DNA of 64,000 nt from Eledone cirrhosa (taxonomy: Eukaryota). Where the stretch lies: the NCBI GenBank assembly GCA_964016885.1, contig OZ024740.1, positions 276,582,001-276,646,000 on the forward strand. Reading direction: 5' to 3'. Under the pieces are notes generated by a model that was not told the origin of the DNA, ran no database searches, and worked only from the letters and a program-made list of their open reading frames with translations. Shown piece by piece: positions 1-12,931 of the stretch (position 1 is its first letter; each line of letters opens with the position of its first letter). A program made the translations under genes and the position numbers.

Positions 1-6
1 GTGAGT
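1..6 (+). other. Possible 5' splice donor (window may start at an intron boundary)
   Basis: First six bases are GTGAGT, the consensus GT-AG donor; no exon context is visible. Confidence 0.3.
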
Positions 7-402
7 ATGCGCGTTCATTAGGTACGTTGTTAAATACATACAAATATCTACACATGCATATATATATGTAGCAACTGACCAAAAATGAGGTGAAAAGTTA
101 TGCGTGTATCTGAACGTATTTCTGTGTGTGTCTGTCTTAGTATATGTATGTGAGTGTATGTGAGAGTGTATGTGAGAGTGTATGTGTGTGAATGTGTAGC
201 AACAATTTATTCATTTGGACACAAAAAAAAAAAAAAAAGTGCTTCCAGATTGACAGATTTTCATTTCTAAATTCTATTATCATTACAATTTTTATATTTT
301 TTCTTATAAAATATATATAGAGATAGATATTTTGAAATAATTATGAGAAAAAAAAACATATCTCCATATTTATTGTTTACTAATCTGAATAAGAACAGCA
401 GT

Positions 403-433
403 AACCCGGGCAACGCCGGGTAGTTCAGCTAGT
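403..433 (+). mobile_element. Helitron-type 3' end
   Basis: Hairpin CCCGG-GCAACG-CCGGG (405-420) followed by CTAG-T at 429-433; same motif at 51283-51311. Confidence 0.7.
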
Positions 434-750
434 ACAACATAACGAAAAGTTCTTATATCAACATTATGTTTAAAGATTATTGTTTAAGTAGGAAGCTTTT
501 AAATAAGCGATTGTGTTGCATAGTACAAGAGGGTTTTTTCGATAGGTTGGTATTGAAATGATTTAATGATTTCACGACTACCTTTCTATCTTTGATAATT
601 CTTGACCTTGCTATTTATCTTTCACTACTTCCAACTTTCTATACCAGTGTTGTCCTTTAATACTTTTCTTTCTATCTTCTTGTATCTGTATTATATATAT
701 AATAACACACACACACATACACACACACATTCACACACACACACACACAT

Positions 751-781
<31 letters not shown>

Positions 782-783
782 AT

Positions 784-841
784 AGTCCAGAATTAGCCGT
801 CGAAACGGCTTGAGCTCAGCCGTCGGGGTCTTACTGGTTCC
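784..841 (+). mobile_element. Family A PLE-like terminal fragment in (TA)n (half hammerhead)
   Basis: GTCCAGAATTAGCCGTC-GAAA-CGGC..GCCG-TC-GGGGTC, shared with six other loci in the window. Confidence 0.65.
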
Positions 842-859
842 TATATATATATATATATT

Positions 860-863
860 TCTT

Positions 864-894
<31 letters not shown>

Positions 895-1230
895 TCTTTC
901 CTCTTCTTCTTCTTTGGCCAACTATTCCTGAAAGGGTCATGGGGGTTGAAGTCCTCAAACACTCCTTCCAGCGGGTCTTATCAGCAGCAACCATCTCCAA
1001 CTGATCCGGTTGGAACCCCAAGCGAGACCAGCCAAGCTCATGGATGTTATCCAACCAGTTTGCTCGGAGTCTGCCCCTGGGTCTCTTGCCGGTTAGTTTT
1101 GCCTGTAAAATCTGTCTAGCGATTCTTTCTTGAGACATTCTAACCACATGCCCATCGTATAGGAGCTGTCATCCCTCAATTCGGAGAAGTAGCAGCTCTA
1201 CCTGGAGTAACTCTCTGATCTCCGAGTTAT
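860..1230 (-). mobile_element. RTE-clade LINE 3' fragment with (AAG)n tail
   Basis: Translation ...RMSQERIARQILQAKLTGKRPRGRLRANWLDNI...AADKTRWK matches the RTE C-terminal GKRPRGRP..W.D motif; ends in a trinucleotide tail. Confidence 0.75.
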
Positions 1231-2683
1231 GTACTTTAAATACAAAATACAAAGATATGAAAAGAAACATTTTTCTTCTGAAACAAGTTGATACACTAGA
1301 CCCAGTTTATCAAAATTGGAAATATGTAATGTTGTGAAGCAGAGGTGGATAGAGGTAGACATAGTCTGATCTTTATTGGTAGACATAACATACATCATCG
1401 TTTGTTGATTCTTGAACTATATTTTTATCTCTTGACGTAAACATATACCACATTTCTCCTAGAATTCTAGCAGAGATTATTTTGGATATGATTTTTTAAA
1501 TTCAAATTTTTATTTTTATTTTGACAACTTCATTGTTGCCTCAGAGTGGAAATGATATTTGTACTTTACCCTGCAATCATTTTCATGTATCATAATAAAA
1601 AAAATATTCTTGATGTTCTGGCTTCCATGTTGTCTTCTTTCTTCTTTTTATCTATATTTTTCTTTTGGCATTTTTCCTTGACAGGTTTATCACTATTTTC
1701 TCATTTTCTTTTATACCAATCATATGTTTAAAGAACGAGTTAGAATATTTTTCTCTTTATTTCCTTATATTCTTGTTTATAAGAGCGGTGGATTGGATTG
1801 GCAGTATTGGCAGAGTTTAGAACAAAATGCTTTGAGGTATTTAGTTACAAACTTTTACATTCTGAATTCAAATCTTGCCGACAATAATATAGTTATTTAT
1901 CCTTCCTGCGTCGATACAATAAAGTACCAGCTATGTATGGGATCAATTTAATCGACTCACCCTCTCTCTCCTGAAATTGCCGACCTTGTGCCTATTTTAG
2001 AAAGAATTATATTAATGTTTCTAAATTATATATTATATTATATATATTTTTGATATGATTGATATTCCATTTATTTTTCTTCGGGGTGGAGTTGGGAGTC
2101 GGGTATGTTCCTAAAGAATGAAAGATTCGTAGTGACTCTTATTAATGTTCAGATTAGAGAAAGTAAGTATAGTTACATGCCTTTTCTAAGGACAGTCAGC
2201 TGAAGGCTTATATCTTTGGGCAATCCCCTTTTATTGCTAAACAAAAGACTCAGCCATGAAACAGAAATGGCAACAATCTATCTTCATAAATTGAAACAAT
2301 TTTCAATGCAACTAATCTGCTACGACTTATTGTTGCAGCAAATGTTCAGATACTAAAATGCCAGACTAGAATTATAACAGAGTTTTTTTTGGTATCTCAG
2401 AGATTTTCTTTCAAATCCAGGTGAGAATTTTAATCAGAGAAGGCAAAAAAAAGAAAAGACCAGCTTAAAATTAGGTGGCATGGAACATTTTAGGGGGACC
2501 CCAGATACAGAGATATTAGTGGGAGGAGTGTGGGGAGAACCGTGACAGATCAACGATATTGGTGGAAGCTTGCTCCCTTGCGTGACACCCGGTGTGGGAA
2601 AAAACTAAGACTAAGATTTTAATAAGAATTCACCAATAGTATATATGAGCTTTATAACTCTATATATTTTATTAACATTATTA

Positions 2684-2941
2684 GGGCGGTGGATTGGCAG
2701 AGAGCAGTGGATTGGCAAAGGGCGGTGGATTGGCAGTATCGGTGGAGGGTCGGACGCCATGCTTTGCAGTATAGAGTTACGGCCCTTTACGGTCTGAGTT
2801 CAAATCCCGCCGAGGTTAACTTTGCCTTTCATCCTTACGGGGTCGATAAAATAAAGTACCAGTCGCGCACTGGGGTCGATTTAATCGACTGCCCCCTCCC
2901 CCTAATTGCTGGCCTTGTGCCTATATAAGAAACCATTATTA
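2684..2941 (+). mobile_element. tRNA-derived SINE (Meta/MESC-like core), head triplicated
   Basis: B-box GAGTTCAAATCC and core TTTGCCTTTCATCCTTACGGGGTCGATAAAATAAAGTACCAG; GGCGGTGGATTGGCA head occurs three times; degenerate copies at about 1783-2005 and 2955-3108. Confidence 0.85.
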
Positions 2942-3549
2942 TTAAAACTATTAAGGGCAGTGGAATGTCAGTATCGGACACATGCTTTGTGGCATAGGGT
3001 TACGTTTCTTTACGTTCTGAGTTCAAATCCCGTCGATGTTAGCTTTGTCTTTCATCCGTACGGAGTCGATAAATAAAGTACCGATAATGAATTGGAGTCG
3101 ATTTAATAACCGGATGGTTGGTTATTTGTTGATTGTCAAAGCTCTTTCATCACACATTACGTGACCTCCTCGGTGATAACTTTGTTGTTACTTTGTGTCT
3201 CTCCATTGACCTGTTTTCCACCATCCTATTATTATAAAATATTATTTGAAAAATTTACATGTAATTATCACTACGTCAAATGTTTTTTTTTCTTTTTACT
3301 ACAATATTCATGGCAGATCTACAGGCTAATATACAATACACTTGCTCAAAGGTTGATGCACTGAAATTGAATCCAGAATCATGACTGCAAATTGAACCTT
3401 CTAACTACAAGTTCCTGTACTCATTTCAACTGATTAAATTTCCTTGCCTACCATCCATCATCTACAAAGCTGTAACTTAAAAACCATCATATCTAAAGTC
3501 TGTCTTAAGCCAAAAGGCTCGCGTAAATTGACGAAGAGTACAGGACTTC

Positions 3550-3731
3550 CCCCTGGACAGGATGCCAGTCCATCGCAGTACTGCTAGTACTCATTTTCAT
3601 CTGAGTATACTGGAGCAATGTGAACTGAATTGTTTTTCTCATAAACACAACGCGTAGCCCAGCCGAGGTATCGAATCCACGACATTAAGATCATAAGTCC
3701 AACACCCTTACCACTAGGCCACGCGCCTCCA
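3550..3731 (-). mobile_element. tRNA-derived CORE-type SINE
   Basis: Reverse strand GGAGGCGCGTGGCCTAGTGG (A-box), GGATTCGATACC (B-box) and CORE-like TTCACATTGCTCCAG...AAAATGAGTA; related copy at 20795-20910. Confidence 0.7.
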
Positions 3732-3834
3732 CTAAAAACAACAACAACATAAGAAGTCATTATTTTTGCATTGAAAAGACCAGTGAAATAGTACCAGTAG
3801 TAATGCGTAGTAATGTGCCAGAGTCAGCGCTTAG

Positions 3835-4250
3835 ATATCTGAAGACCAGAGGTAGGCGTAAAAGTTAAACTCACTATCTTTAATTTGGTATTCCTATCTA
3901 TGCTTAATTACGGTCATTCAACCAAGGTAATTATTGAGATAATACAAGCAACTAAAATGGAATTCCTCTTAAGAGTGTATAGCCAAGAGATCTGGATATT
4001 ACGCCAGGTAGAGCTGCTACATCTCCGACTCAAGTGATCACCGCTCTGGTTCTATGGATAAGTTGTTAGAATGTCTCAGGAAAGAATTGCTGGGCATACT
4101 TTACAGGCAGAACCAACGGACAAGAGAACTCGAAGTCAACCACGAGCAAGATGGTTGGATAACATCCATGAGCTTGACTGTTCTTTCTTTAGGATCGAAT
4201 TGGATCAGTTGGAGACAGTTGCTTCTGAAAGAAGATAGAAAGTATCAGGA
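3835..4250 (+). mobile_element. Degenerate RTE LINE 3' fragment
   Basis: Nucleotide similarity to 860-1230 (CCAGGTAGAGCTGCTAC..., AGAATGTCTCA, TGGTTGGATAACATCCATGAGCTTG). Confidence 0.6.
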
Positions 4251-4290
4251 AAATGCCTTGCTCTGTAGTTAATTACTTTTCATTATTTTC

Positions 4291-4720
4291 GGTGGATTGG
4301 CAGTATCGGTAGAGGGTCGGACGCCATGCTTTGCAGCAAAGAGTTACGGCCCTTTATGGTCTGAGTTCAAATCCCGCCGAGGTTAACTTTGCCTTTCATC
4401 CTTACGGGGTCGATAAAATAAAGCACCAGTTAAGCACTAGGATCGATTTAATCGACTTCCCTCTCTCCTAAAATTGCTGGCCTTGTGCCTATATAAAAAA
4501 AAAAACATTATTTTCTTAGTACAGGGTAGTAGTATATTGGCAGTATCGGTAGAGCGTCGGACGCCATGCTATGCCTCATAGAGTTACGCCCCTTTACGGT
4601 CTGAGTTCAAATCCCGCCGAGGTTAACTTTACCTTTCATCCTTACGGGGTCGATAAAATAAAGTACCAGTAATGCACTGGAATAATTGCTGGCCTTATGC
4701 CAAAAATAGAAACAATTATT
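4291..4720 (+). mobile_element. Two tandem Meta-like SINE copies
   Basis: Two near-full copies (4291-4511, 4524-4720) with B-box and core. Confidence 0.85.
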
Positions 4721-4838
4721 TTCTTAAAGATACATCACATAAGGCTTCACTTTGCGTTTTATATATACCTGATAAATACTTGTGTTGTTCTGATGTCACA
4801 AAACTTATGAGCTTGTTTGTGTTTATATTAGAAATCAT

Positions 4839-5005
4839 TGGGGAAACGCCTTCTTCATTCTGTCCGCCGGGGGAGGCCAGCACGTGGGACCCCATTTGCT
4901 CATAATACAGAGAGATGGGGAGAGCGAGGGAGATGGAGGTGATGACAGTGTGAGTTCGGCTCTTCTGCGTTCGGACCTGGTGTGCAGCGTCAGTTGTCCG
5001 TCTTG
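4839..5005 (+). mobile_element. CRE-like non-LTR retrotransposon 3' end
   Basis: Similar to 16582-16750 (GGGGAAACGC...CCAGCACGTGGG..CCATTTGCTCATAATA). Confidence 0.65.
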
Positions 5006-5051
5006 ATGTGTTCTCTCACTCCCTACCTAAAGAGTGTGGAGAAATGCTTAA

Positions 5052-5265
5052 CCCATTAACATTTAAACCGTCTGTATCCGGCCAAAATTCTCTCACCTTT
5101 TTCTGTACAAACTGGTCATAACTAGTGACTCATACTGTTGTAAAGATATTGTTCTCAAAATAAATAATATAAAAACCCAATAGATTCCATATTATGTGGA
5201 ATAATTATTTGAGGTAAAGCCTTACACACAAAAATACAATAGTATATATAAAGTAATGTAAAGGG
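5052..5265. mobile_element. piggyBac-like MITE
   Basis: TTAA-CCC...GGG-TTAA ends; homologous over its length to 62157-62377. Confidence 0.65.
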
Positions 5266-6026
5266 TTAAAGCATCTTTACAGTCATTCTTTACTGAAATC
5301 AATGTAATTCTTCTTGAATCTGCATAAACATAGTGTTAGATATATTTTCTTCTTTCTCTCTCCAATATATTTCTTTTTAGAAAACAAAGAATTTTTTATA
5401 CGATTAAATAAGTTCAAGACTTTCTCCAGCTTAGAATTATATAAGGCCAAATCTTATTCTAATATCAAGTGACTGAGTTGTTGCTGGTACTCATTTTCAT
5501 TTCAGCTGAGTGGATTGGAGCAATGCGAATGAAAGTGCTTAGGTCCGTCTGCTTTAAAAATCGAACCCTCAGCAATGGGACCGTGAAATAAACTCTGTAA
5601 GAATTTCGCTGCATGTCTTTGCATATATATATACAATGGTGGTGGGAGGTGTTAGAGAAATAATCAGGAAATTGAGGACAATGTGAAAAGAACATGCAAA
5701 AATATACAAGTAAATCGAGTATCTCTTTTACTCTCTTTCTTTTAATGTTTTCTCTTTGTCATTCCCCGTTACTTTATTTTCCTTCTTCAGCCTTGTGATT
5801 CGTGCGTGTGTGTTTCAAATTTTTCTTCATATCTTTAAGAAGATTTCTCAGAATATTGAACCAAAAAAACTTAGATTTTTTAAAATTCAAGTGAATCAAG
5901 GTTCAAAGAATAATCCTCTGAGATTAAAATTAAAAGGGAAAACAACATATTATGTGTGACAAAGAAAAATTAAGCAAGGCACAAACATATGTAAATGTGT
6001 AAAACAAGGAATAAACATACCCTCCC

Positions 6027-6070
<44 letters not shown>

Positions 6071-6074
<4 letters not shown>

Positions 6075-6600
6075 GTGGAACACTGGAAGGTAATATCCGT
6101 AGTGGTAGAGCACTCAGTCCATGGGACGAGTTGGGTAGAAGTGGTTACACAACAGTTAGTTCACCATACCGAGAACAATTGTTTCACCTTAGCGGATCCT
6201 CAGCTCGTAATGGGCATGGGTATAGGAACAGGAAACACAACCGTACGAACGTGCATGCGCAGAAACTCGGCCACCTCACACAGGCAATACTAGAATGCAT
6301 GCGAAAGAGATTACGCAATAGTGATTGCCTAAACACGAGGAATGAATTTTTCACACGTTGTCCACACGTCGCCAATCACCTATTGCATTACTACAAAGCT
6401 CCGGATTGATTCCTTGTAATTTTATTTTCAACTAAAAATTTTCGGACTTTCCCAGTTATCTCCCTTACACCTCTCCCACGCATTCTAGTATTGCCTGTGT
6501 GAAGTGACCGGGTTTCTGCGCATGCGCGTTCGTACGGTTGTCCGCTAAGGTGAAACAATTGTTCTCGGTATGGTGAACTAACTGTTGTGTAATCACTTTT
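6071..6600. mobile_element. Fold-back PLE-like element in (TA)n
   Basis: Inverted arms about 6140-6300 and 6480-6598, extra tail 6071-6139, both ends in (TA)n; partial copy at 51789-51933. Confidence 0.75.
6170..6207 (-). ncRNA. Minimal type I hammerhead ribozyme
   Basis: cgag-CUGAGGA-uccgcuaaggu-GAAA-caauu-GUU-cucg; 4-bp stem I, palindromic stem III, weak stem II. Confidence 0.65.
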
Positions 6601-6619
6601 ATATATATATATATATATA

Positions 6620-6724
6620 TAAATTTATAAATTTATAAATTTAATTTATAATAAATTGAAGTGAAAGCAACTGGTGCGTGTGTTTCTTATTGGCAACATG
6701 ACCCCCCCCCCCAAAGTATAACAA
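6620..6724 (+). mobile_element. Family B PLE-like tail in (TA)n
   Basis: GAAAGCAACTGGTGCGTGTGTTTCTTATTGGCAACATGACCC..CAAAGTATAACAA shared with 49254-49440, 58120-58281 and 58888-58912. Confidence 0.7.
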
Positions 6725-8572
6725 TATATATATATATATATCAAAATGAAAATCCGGAGGCAAGGTAAAATTCCAATCATTTAATCACGACACATAAGAG
6801 ATAGATCGATTGTGAAGCCATGATCGATTATCACTGATCTCATCAGGTGAAAATGTATTGTCTTCAAATTCTTGATATGAGCGAGAAAAATATCGATGTT
6901 CTCTCACAGAATTCATTCCCTCATATGGAGACACACCAGTCAGAGACACGGCAACTGCTATTAACTTCAGTTGAGGTCATAAAAGTTGTCAGACTTCTAT
7001 CGCTGCAAAAGGCGCTGGACATCAGTCAAATCTGAGGGATATAGTTAATGTGGGTGGGTACACACACACTCCACACCCACATACACCGGCTCGAGGTCAA
7101 AGAAAAAAATATATACATATATATACACACATCAACACAGTATCAAACCTGTAGAATTATACAAGGTCACAGTTAGTGTGGGTGGGTACACACACACTCT
7201 CACACACACCGAAGCGATGTCAGAGAAAAAAACCAATATAAGAAAACAAATATAAGAATGTACCAACACAGCATTCACGGAAAGTTAGTTCACAAAACAA
7301 CAGGTGCTACTCTGGTCAAATCTCAATTTGACGATGTAAATTGGAAACATTGGGTTAACCAACGCCCCCCCCCCCCCCCCCACACACACATACACACACA
7401 AGCAAGTAATTTCAGTTCAGTGTTCTGCTATGCGTGTATAGATTGAATTGTAACATCCATATCTTCAAGTGTATGTTATGGTATATACACAACCGAATCG
7501 TCTAAAAAAGGGTATGTCTGGGTATATACACATCCATGTGAAGAGCAAGCAATCAGCTCATATCGAACTCAGTATGTACCGCTGTCCCATTGAGAATCCG
7601 AGTCACCAAATCCGTGTGTGCAAGCAACCGCAATGTAGGCCACCAAGGTGCTCCGTGTAGTGTTGGGTATTGGGTAAATGCGTCAGTAAGTGCGATTCCC
7701 GTCATATGGGCAAATTAACTTTTAAGATAGTTGTTTGAGAAGGTGAAGTAAAAAAACACAGGATAGTAAAATCCAGAGGACGTATATAGGCCCATTAATG
7801 GTGTGTAAGTATTATTGTTCAATCCTTAACAGTGAGTCCTCCATGGTTAGATGATCACGGATCAAAACCTAGTGTAGTGTTCAGTCGGTAGGAACGTGAC
7901 AGTCGTAATTGTGGGAGCTCAATGACTAAAGGAAACGGGTACTGTGTGTAGAGTTATATATAGAGAGCGTAATCGGTCCTAATTAAGTGTGTAATACGAC
8001 TAGCTATATCCCAACTGAGAGAACTCAATAGTTAGGGTATCTTAAAGTAAAGGTAGGTGCGCGTAATCGGTCATGCCTGAGTGTGCAATCAATTACTAAC
8101 TAGGTATTCTAAGTGTGTAATCAATCTAACTATTTACTAGCTAGGTATTCTAAAAAGTGCACTCAGCTGTGAGAACTCCGTGGAAACAGGCCGAGTATCG
8201 TTTGTAAGTGCGCAAACAATCTTAGCCATCTAACTACCTGTGTGTGTGACTGTCTGTTTATTGAGAGAACTCTATGGCTAAAGTAGACAGGGAGGAGTTA
8301 GTGGTAGGTTACCTTCCAAAAATCCTGCGGAAGGTTTTCGAGGTTCTATGTTGGCAGTTGCTGAAAAAATCAGCTCTCCTATTAATTAATAGGGGTCGCC
8401 TCTCTCTAAAGGTTTCAGCTATACATAAATTGCAGATGCCAGTGCTGCCGTTATAAGGTTGGGCTGAGCAAACTATGACCAGGATAAGGAGTGCTCTATA
8501 TTCTGATGTTTAAGCTTCCAGACTAATTCAGAAAGTGCAGTGCTATTTTTTTATATCTAATCTATTAAAGGT

Positions 8573-10440
8573 ATGTCTAACATAGTGTCCAACCTTAAGT
8601 TTAGGAAAAACCCACACGGGAGAAAAATGTACCTAAGACGACTGAATGGTGATCTAGTAAAATTAAAGAACTCGACCGGCATTTTGGTGCACGCAGACAA
8701 GACTAACAACCTGTACGATATGGATAGAGTAACTTATGACGATTTGATAACTAGAGAACTTAGGAAAAGCTACAGAAAAACTATACGGGCCAACCTGGAT
8801 TTAATTAACACGGAGGCCAATAGCGTCATGACTCAACTGGGTATTGAGGATAAAACCGAACCCTTCCATCCTAGAACTCCGAGGATTTTGCTGAAAGACC
8901 ACAAATTGGACTTTGAATCACCTAGACCTGTCAGGCTGATAGCCCCTTCGAAGTCGGACATAGGAATCGTAAGTAAAAACATCCTTGATTAAATAATCCC
9001 CACTCTAGTTAGAAGATCGAAGCTCAAATTGTGGTCAGGAACTAGTGAGGTAATTAACTGGTTTGAGAAATCGCAGAATAAGAATAGCACTAAGTTTATA
9101 CAGTTCGATATCTCTAATTACTACTCTTCAATCTCTCCAACTCTTCTAGGTAGGGCCGTAACTTTGCTAGCTTACACACCGACATTACATCCGAAGAAAT
9201 TAACATTATTCTCCTAGCTAGGAAAACCCTAATTGAATTCAACGGTGAATGTGGACCAGGAAGAATTGGCCAGACAATTTCGACATCACCATGGGATCCA
9301 CGGACTCGGCCCAGGTGACGAATCTGGTGGGCCTTTACCTCCTTGACTGTCTCGGAGTGGAAATGCCCCACTTGGGAGGCGGCGCTTACCGTGACGACGT
9401 TTTGTTTACTGTGTCGTTCCATAATAATAGTATGGTAGAGAGGGCGAGGAAAAAAACTAAGCAAATTCTTCAAGAACATATACCTAAGTATAGTGTTTGA
9501 AGAGAGACTTAAAGATAGTTAATTTTCTAGATGTTACACTTAACCTCAATTCAGGACTCTTCAACCCTACCACAAACCCAACGAGAATTTAAACTATGTC
9601 AACGCAAAATCGAACGACCCTAGAATAGTCACTAACGGTATTACCAAAAGCGTCTCTAGTAGAATTTCAGAACTATCTTCCAATGAAGATACCTTTAATA
9701 AGATCTCGAATTACTATAATAGCGCCCTAGAACGCGCGGGGCATAGCGAGGGAATCTCATTCAAACGTCCATTAAATAGTAGAAGCAACATTACCTGCGA
9801 TAGCTTAGGCCTAAATAGTGACACTCTAGATAACAGCAGGCGTGATACGAGGGAGGATTTATATAGACTTCATGTTGTATTGCCGCCTAGTCCCAATGCT
9901 GTTGGTACCAATAGAAACAAGGTACTAACACGAGGTCTGAGCAACGTAACGCCAGCGGAAACTCTAATGGTAACCTTAATTGTGGAACCGATAAAACTAC
10001 CGTTGAACGCAGTATGGAACGAGGGTCGAGTAAGGGGAATAGGGACAGGTGTAGCAGACGCATATTGGATACAACCCCGGCTATCGAGGGTAATCCCAAT
10101 GGCCGCACGGGGCTACACCGCCCTGGAGACTTCGGACGATTCCGAACACAATCGTGACACCCCAGGACGCCATCGACCCACAGGCAATTTCCAGTTACAA
10201 TAGACCAGTACTAGGGAGACAGGTAATTCTAATATAGTTAGTAAGAACAAGGGGCATCGGACCAGAAAATTCCTGTGGTATAATCCCCCTTACTCAACTG
10301 GCCTGACTACTAGTATAGCTAAGCTTTTCTTTAGGGCCTTAGACAAATGCTTCCCTAGATCGCACAGATATTATAAAATATTCAATAGGAATACCATCAA
10401 GCTGTCCTACTCCACAACTAGTAACATTGTAAAGATTTTT
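8573..10440 (+). pseudogene. Penelope-like element reverse transcriptase, disrupted and 3'-truncated
   Basis: Motifs across stops/frameshifts: ADKTNNLY, LKDHK..F...RLIAPSKSDIG..SK.ILD, FIQFDISNYYSSIS, FDITMGS.D.A, YRDD (about 9387), NFLDVTLNL, PYHKPN, RISELSS, WYNPPYS...IFNRNTIKLSYS; GIY-YIG endonuclease not reached. Confidence 0.85.
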
Positions 10441-10680
10441 TATACGAAATCGTGTGTTGAGACAGATATTGTTATATCTGATGGTGTCACAGATATGTGA
10501 GACAAAATAACTCTGGGAAACTATATTTATATTTACATCTTTCAACTGTGAGTCAATCAATGATAAACATTGATTGCCATTTATAAAAATATAAAAATAT
10601 ACTGAAGCGAAAACCAAAACAAACAGAGTGTGTTTTATTATATTTTTCTGGCAATATTAGAACTTGACCCTCCCGTAATA

Positions 10681-10875
10681 TAATGGTTTCTTATATAGGC
10701 ACAATGCCAGCAATTTTGGGGGAGAGGAAAGTTGATTTAATCAACCCCAGTGCGTGACTGGTACTTTATTTTATCGACCCCGTAAGGATGAAAAGCAAAG
10801 TTAACCTCGGCGGGAATTGAACTTAGACTGTAAAGGGCCGCAATTCTATACTGCAAAGCATAGTGTCCGACGTAC
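10681..10875 (-). mobile_element. Meta-like SINE
   Basis: Reverse complement of the core and B-box. Confidence 0.8.
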
Positions 10876-11219
10876 CAGCCCGAATATAATAATATAAATG
10901 TCATATCATAACTGCAGTTTTTGAATTAGAATCCCACTCACCCTACAAACACCATGAAAAATTGAAGAGCAAATACTTTTTTTTATATTCACACTATATA
11001 CAGAAAAAACATAAGAAATTATCTTTACAGGTTTTAGAGAGTATCGTCTCTTCATCAGATGACTACTACTCTGATGATTCTGTCTCCAGAGGGATCTTAT
11101 GCCAAGCAGGATATAGAACATATCTGAAGGGGCCTGTTTAATTTGCATAACGTACATTCATACAATATTTACGTGGAACACATCGGGTATATTGAGATAC
11201 AAAATAAATGTATTGTAGA

Positions 11220-11380
11220 TACGAGGGTCGGCCTGATCAAGATATCCTCCTAGAACAACCAAATGAGGTTTATTTTCAACATGGCACCTGGGAAGAGTTG
11301 AAATTAATGCATGCTAGATATTACAGCTCTAACATCACCCCTTCGTAGTCAGTTTATGAACTTTTCAGCCAACCGTCGTA
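11220..11380. mobile_element. Mariner-type MITE remnant
   Basis: TACGAGGGTCGGC... and ...TTCAGCCAACCGTCGTA inverted ends; related end at 36044-36125. Confidence 0.6.
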
Positions 11381-11904
11381 TAGCTACACGTTTCAAATCA
11401 GAAGATTCGCTGGGGGGAAATGAAGTGCAAAACCTTCATATGTTCTACTACACACCCTCTATATACCGTGAGGATTCTGCTTAAACGTCTAACGGAGGTT
11501 ATAGCAGAAAATATTAACCCTTTAGTATTTTCACAGCAACGTTTCTAGGTGAAAAGAACTATAGTTAATTTTAGATTAAATTTATCTTAAATCTTCCAAT
11601 ATACGGTGTGTTCTGCTTAAATATTTAGATTTTTTTTCTTAGATTTTTACGATATTTGGTAGAGTATCGTAGTGGGTTACGGAGTGCATAAAAATTAGTT
11701 ATTTCTAATTAGATTATTTGTAAAAGTCTTTTGAGATTAAAAGAAATTTGTCTGCTCCTTATGTTACATTGGAATTATCAGAAAAAAACATTCTGACGTC
11801 TTTGATGATATAATATGAAATGCGTAGGTTTCTTAATGTCTTAGTGTTGCTGTTTGTTATTTTTTTTTATATTATCAAAGGATGCCCTCCTGGATTTGAA
11901 GCGA

Positions 11905-12787
<883 letters not shown>

Positions 12788-12790
12788 GGT

Positions 12791-12890
12791 AACAAAAGAA
12801 ATGTGGTAAGGAACCAGATGGACCATAAGCATTTAGTCCAGAAATAACCGTCGAAACGGGTTGAGCTCTGCCGTCGGGGTAATACTTTTT

Positions 12891-12892
<2 letters not shown>
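12791..12892. mobile_element. Family A inverted PLE-like element in (TA)n
   Basis: Tail in - orientation joined to the half-HHR arm in + orientation. Confidence 0.7.
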
Positions 12893-12931
<39 letters not shown>

